Positions 62,216-64,000 of a stretch of DNA of 64,000 bases are shown in pieces. Each line of letters opens with the position of its first letter. Within the stretch, counting starts at the first letter, position 1. Under the pieces are notes generated by a model that was given only the letters and a program-made list of their open reading frames with translations, searched no databases and was not told the origin of the DNA. The DNA is from Chlorokybus atmophyticus. Its lineage: Eukaryota; Plantae; Mesostigma and Chlorokybus algae. Made by a program: the position numbers and the translations under genes. The stretch spans positions 1 through 64,000 of the forward strand of contig RHPI01002888.1 in assembly GCA_009103225.1 (NCBI GenBank), in the 5' to 3' direction.

Positions 62216-64000
62216 ATGGGCCAGTGCGCGTCAAAGGGCAACAACCCTAAGAAGCATGTTGGTGCTGTCGTCCACACGTCTTCCGGTACGTGAACGACTT
62301 CCCTTTGGCCCATGTTCATACCACTTAGAATTGCAGTATTGCGGGATGTACTGCAGTCCAGCGTACACTGTACTGCACTGAACTGAGCTTCATCAGACTG
62401 CATAGCATGACACAATTCGCAACGCATTTATCGTACTACATACGATTTAGCGGACAGCACAGCACTGCACTGCACCACAGCACATCATACTCCTGCACTT
62501 CACCGCACGGCACTTCAACATACCAAAGTACACAGCGCAGCCAAGCACTCAAGAATGCAGTACACTACGCTGCACACCGCAGCACCCATCATCACATTCA
62601 GCTGCAAAGTATAATACACCACACACTGCACCACACCACAGTGCACCGTGCTGTATGTATGCACGCACGCAAGCACCCAGGCGCTCCCCACACATGTGTG
62701 CAGAAGAGGAAGACGTTGTCGCTCTTGCACCGCACGTGAGTGAAGCGAAGCAGGCGGTGGCGGTAGCTGACGTGAGGCTGGCAGTTAACGGTGAGGCCAA
62801 TGGAGAGGCCCACCACAAGCCTGGCCATGAAGAAGATGATGCCCCCCCCTCCACGTCCTACACAACCGCTGAGGATGAAACAGCATCAACTACCGCAGCT
62901 GTTCACCACGCGAGGGAAGTACCCGCGGATGCTACAGCCACGCCCACTTCGCCAGACACTTTGACAGCTGAAGCGCCAGCCGCAGCGGCAGTGGTCTCAA
63001 AATGCCCGTTCCTTCACGGATCCGTTGGCTGCTTTCCTTACCCAGGTACACTATCACCCTCTCACTGAGTCACTCACATCACTGTAGTAAGCCTAGTGAC
63101 ACAGTTACTAGGCGTATTACCCTGCACACATGTTGTTTTATGTGATTTGCAAGCTGCATCTTATACGGGCTTTTCGCCTGCCTTTGTTTACAAGTGCACT
63201 TGATAACTTCAAACGCACGCTTGTTGCCTGTCACCATCCATGTCTTCCTATGCGTATTGTGATGCATACTCATGTTGGCTTGTTCTGCTGCAAAATAAAG
63301 GCAAGGCAAGGTTTATACCCTCGACTACGTGCCCCAAGCACTTAATAGTTGAGGGTACGAAACCTGTCTTCCTATGTACAAGAGGAAGGTCGTATCTTCA
63401 CCTAATAAGTGGTTGGGGCATTTAGTCCCACTAGGTGCCCCAAGCATTTAGTGGTTAAGGGTACATATAAATTCCTGCCACTACTTACAAAACCTGAATT
63501 AAGCACAGAATAGCTTTTTTTATTGAAGTTAAATTGTGTTAAGCTTTGCAAGAAGGATAAGGATGCCGCACTCAGGCGGTTGTTACAGCACTCTCTCAGT
63601 CTGCGATGATGGATGCGAGTGAGTGGATGTGCTTCGGCAGCTTCAAACCACTTGTTGCTACACAGGGTATGTGCATGGACGTCATCCGGAGGTATGCGCA
63701 AACGGTTGTCGACCCGACCCCAAGTTGGGTCAAACAGAGACGAAGGTGCAGACTCTGTTGAGGGAAGCACGCGAGTTTCAGGTATGAACACCCATGTGTT
63801 TGTGTTGCCTGTACCTGGCATCTGTTGGATAGGTAGTATGAGAAAACTTGCAATGACGCCATACCCAACTCAGGTGCTATTTCATCGTGAGATGAGGTCT
63901 ACTCCTGAGGACGAGGCAAAACGGTGGACGGAGATTGAACAGGTTTGTTAACGGCAGCTTCTGGTTTATCATCTTTCTCGAGCGAGCACTTGACAATGTC
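62216..64000 (+). CDS. NOS: Nitric oxide synthase (algal animal-like NOS), 5' portion
   Basis: Exons 62216-62285, 62704-63045, 63666-63781 and 63874-63942 give MGQCASK...KCPFLHGSVGCFPYPGYVHGRHPEVCANGCRP...QTLLREAREFQVLFHREMRSTPEDEAKRWTEIEQ. This contains the algal-type CX3C zinc-site motif and the first helices of the NOS oxygenase domain. The heme Cys and the reductase domain lie beyond the window. Confidence 0.8.

Overview
Eukaryotic, intron-rich genomic window, probably from a streptophyte (charophyte) green alga. That placement is inferred from plant-type TOM9 and YY1, plastid transit peptides, teloboxes and an animal-like NOS, which land plants lack. 1-8358 (-): Ty3/gypsy LTR retrotransposon with one uninterrupted ORF of at least 2423 codons ordered Gag (2 zinc knuckles), unknown region, protease, complete C5 DNA methyltransferase, RT, RNase H, running off the window edge. 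It has no tRNA-type primer-binding site; instead the LTR shows a Tf1-like self-priming geometry. 13861-17369: intact pogo/Passer-like DD35D transposon whose transposase has four introns. Host genes follow: an orphan secreted protein, tRNA-Pro(AGG), YY1, a CpcT/CRL-like bilin lyase homolog, head-to-head TOM9 and Mpv17/PMP22, a 31-exon all-phase-0 modular coiled-coil protein with a tail anchor, proteasome alpha-7, a plastid EF-hand protein, and the 5' end of a nitric oxide synthase with a putative myristoyl/palmitoyl N-terminus. There are four N gaps. All gene models were spliced and translated by eye; no database searches were run.
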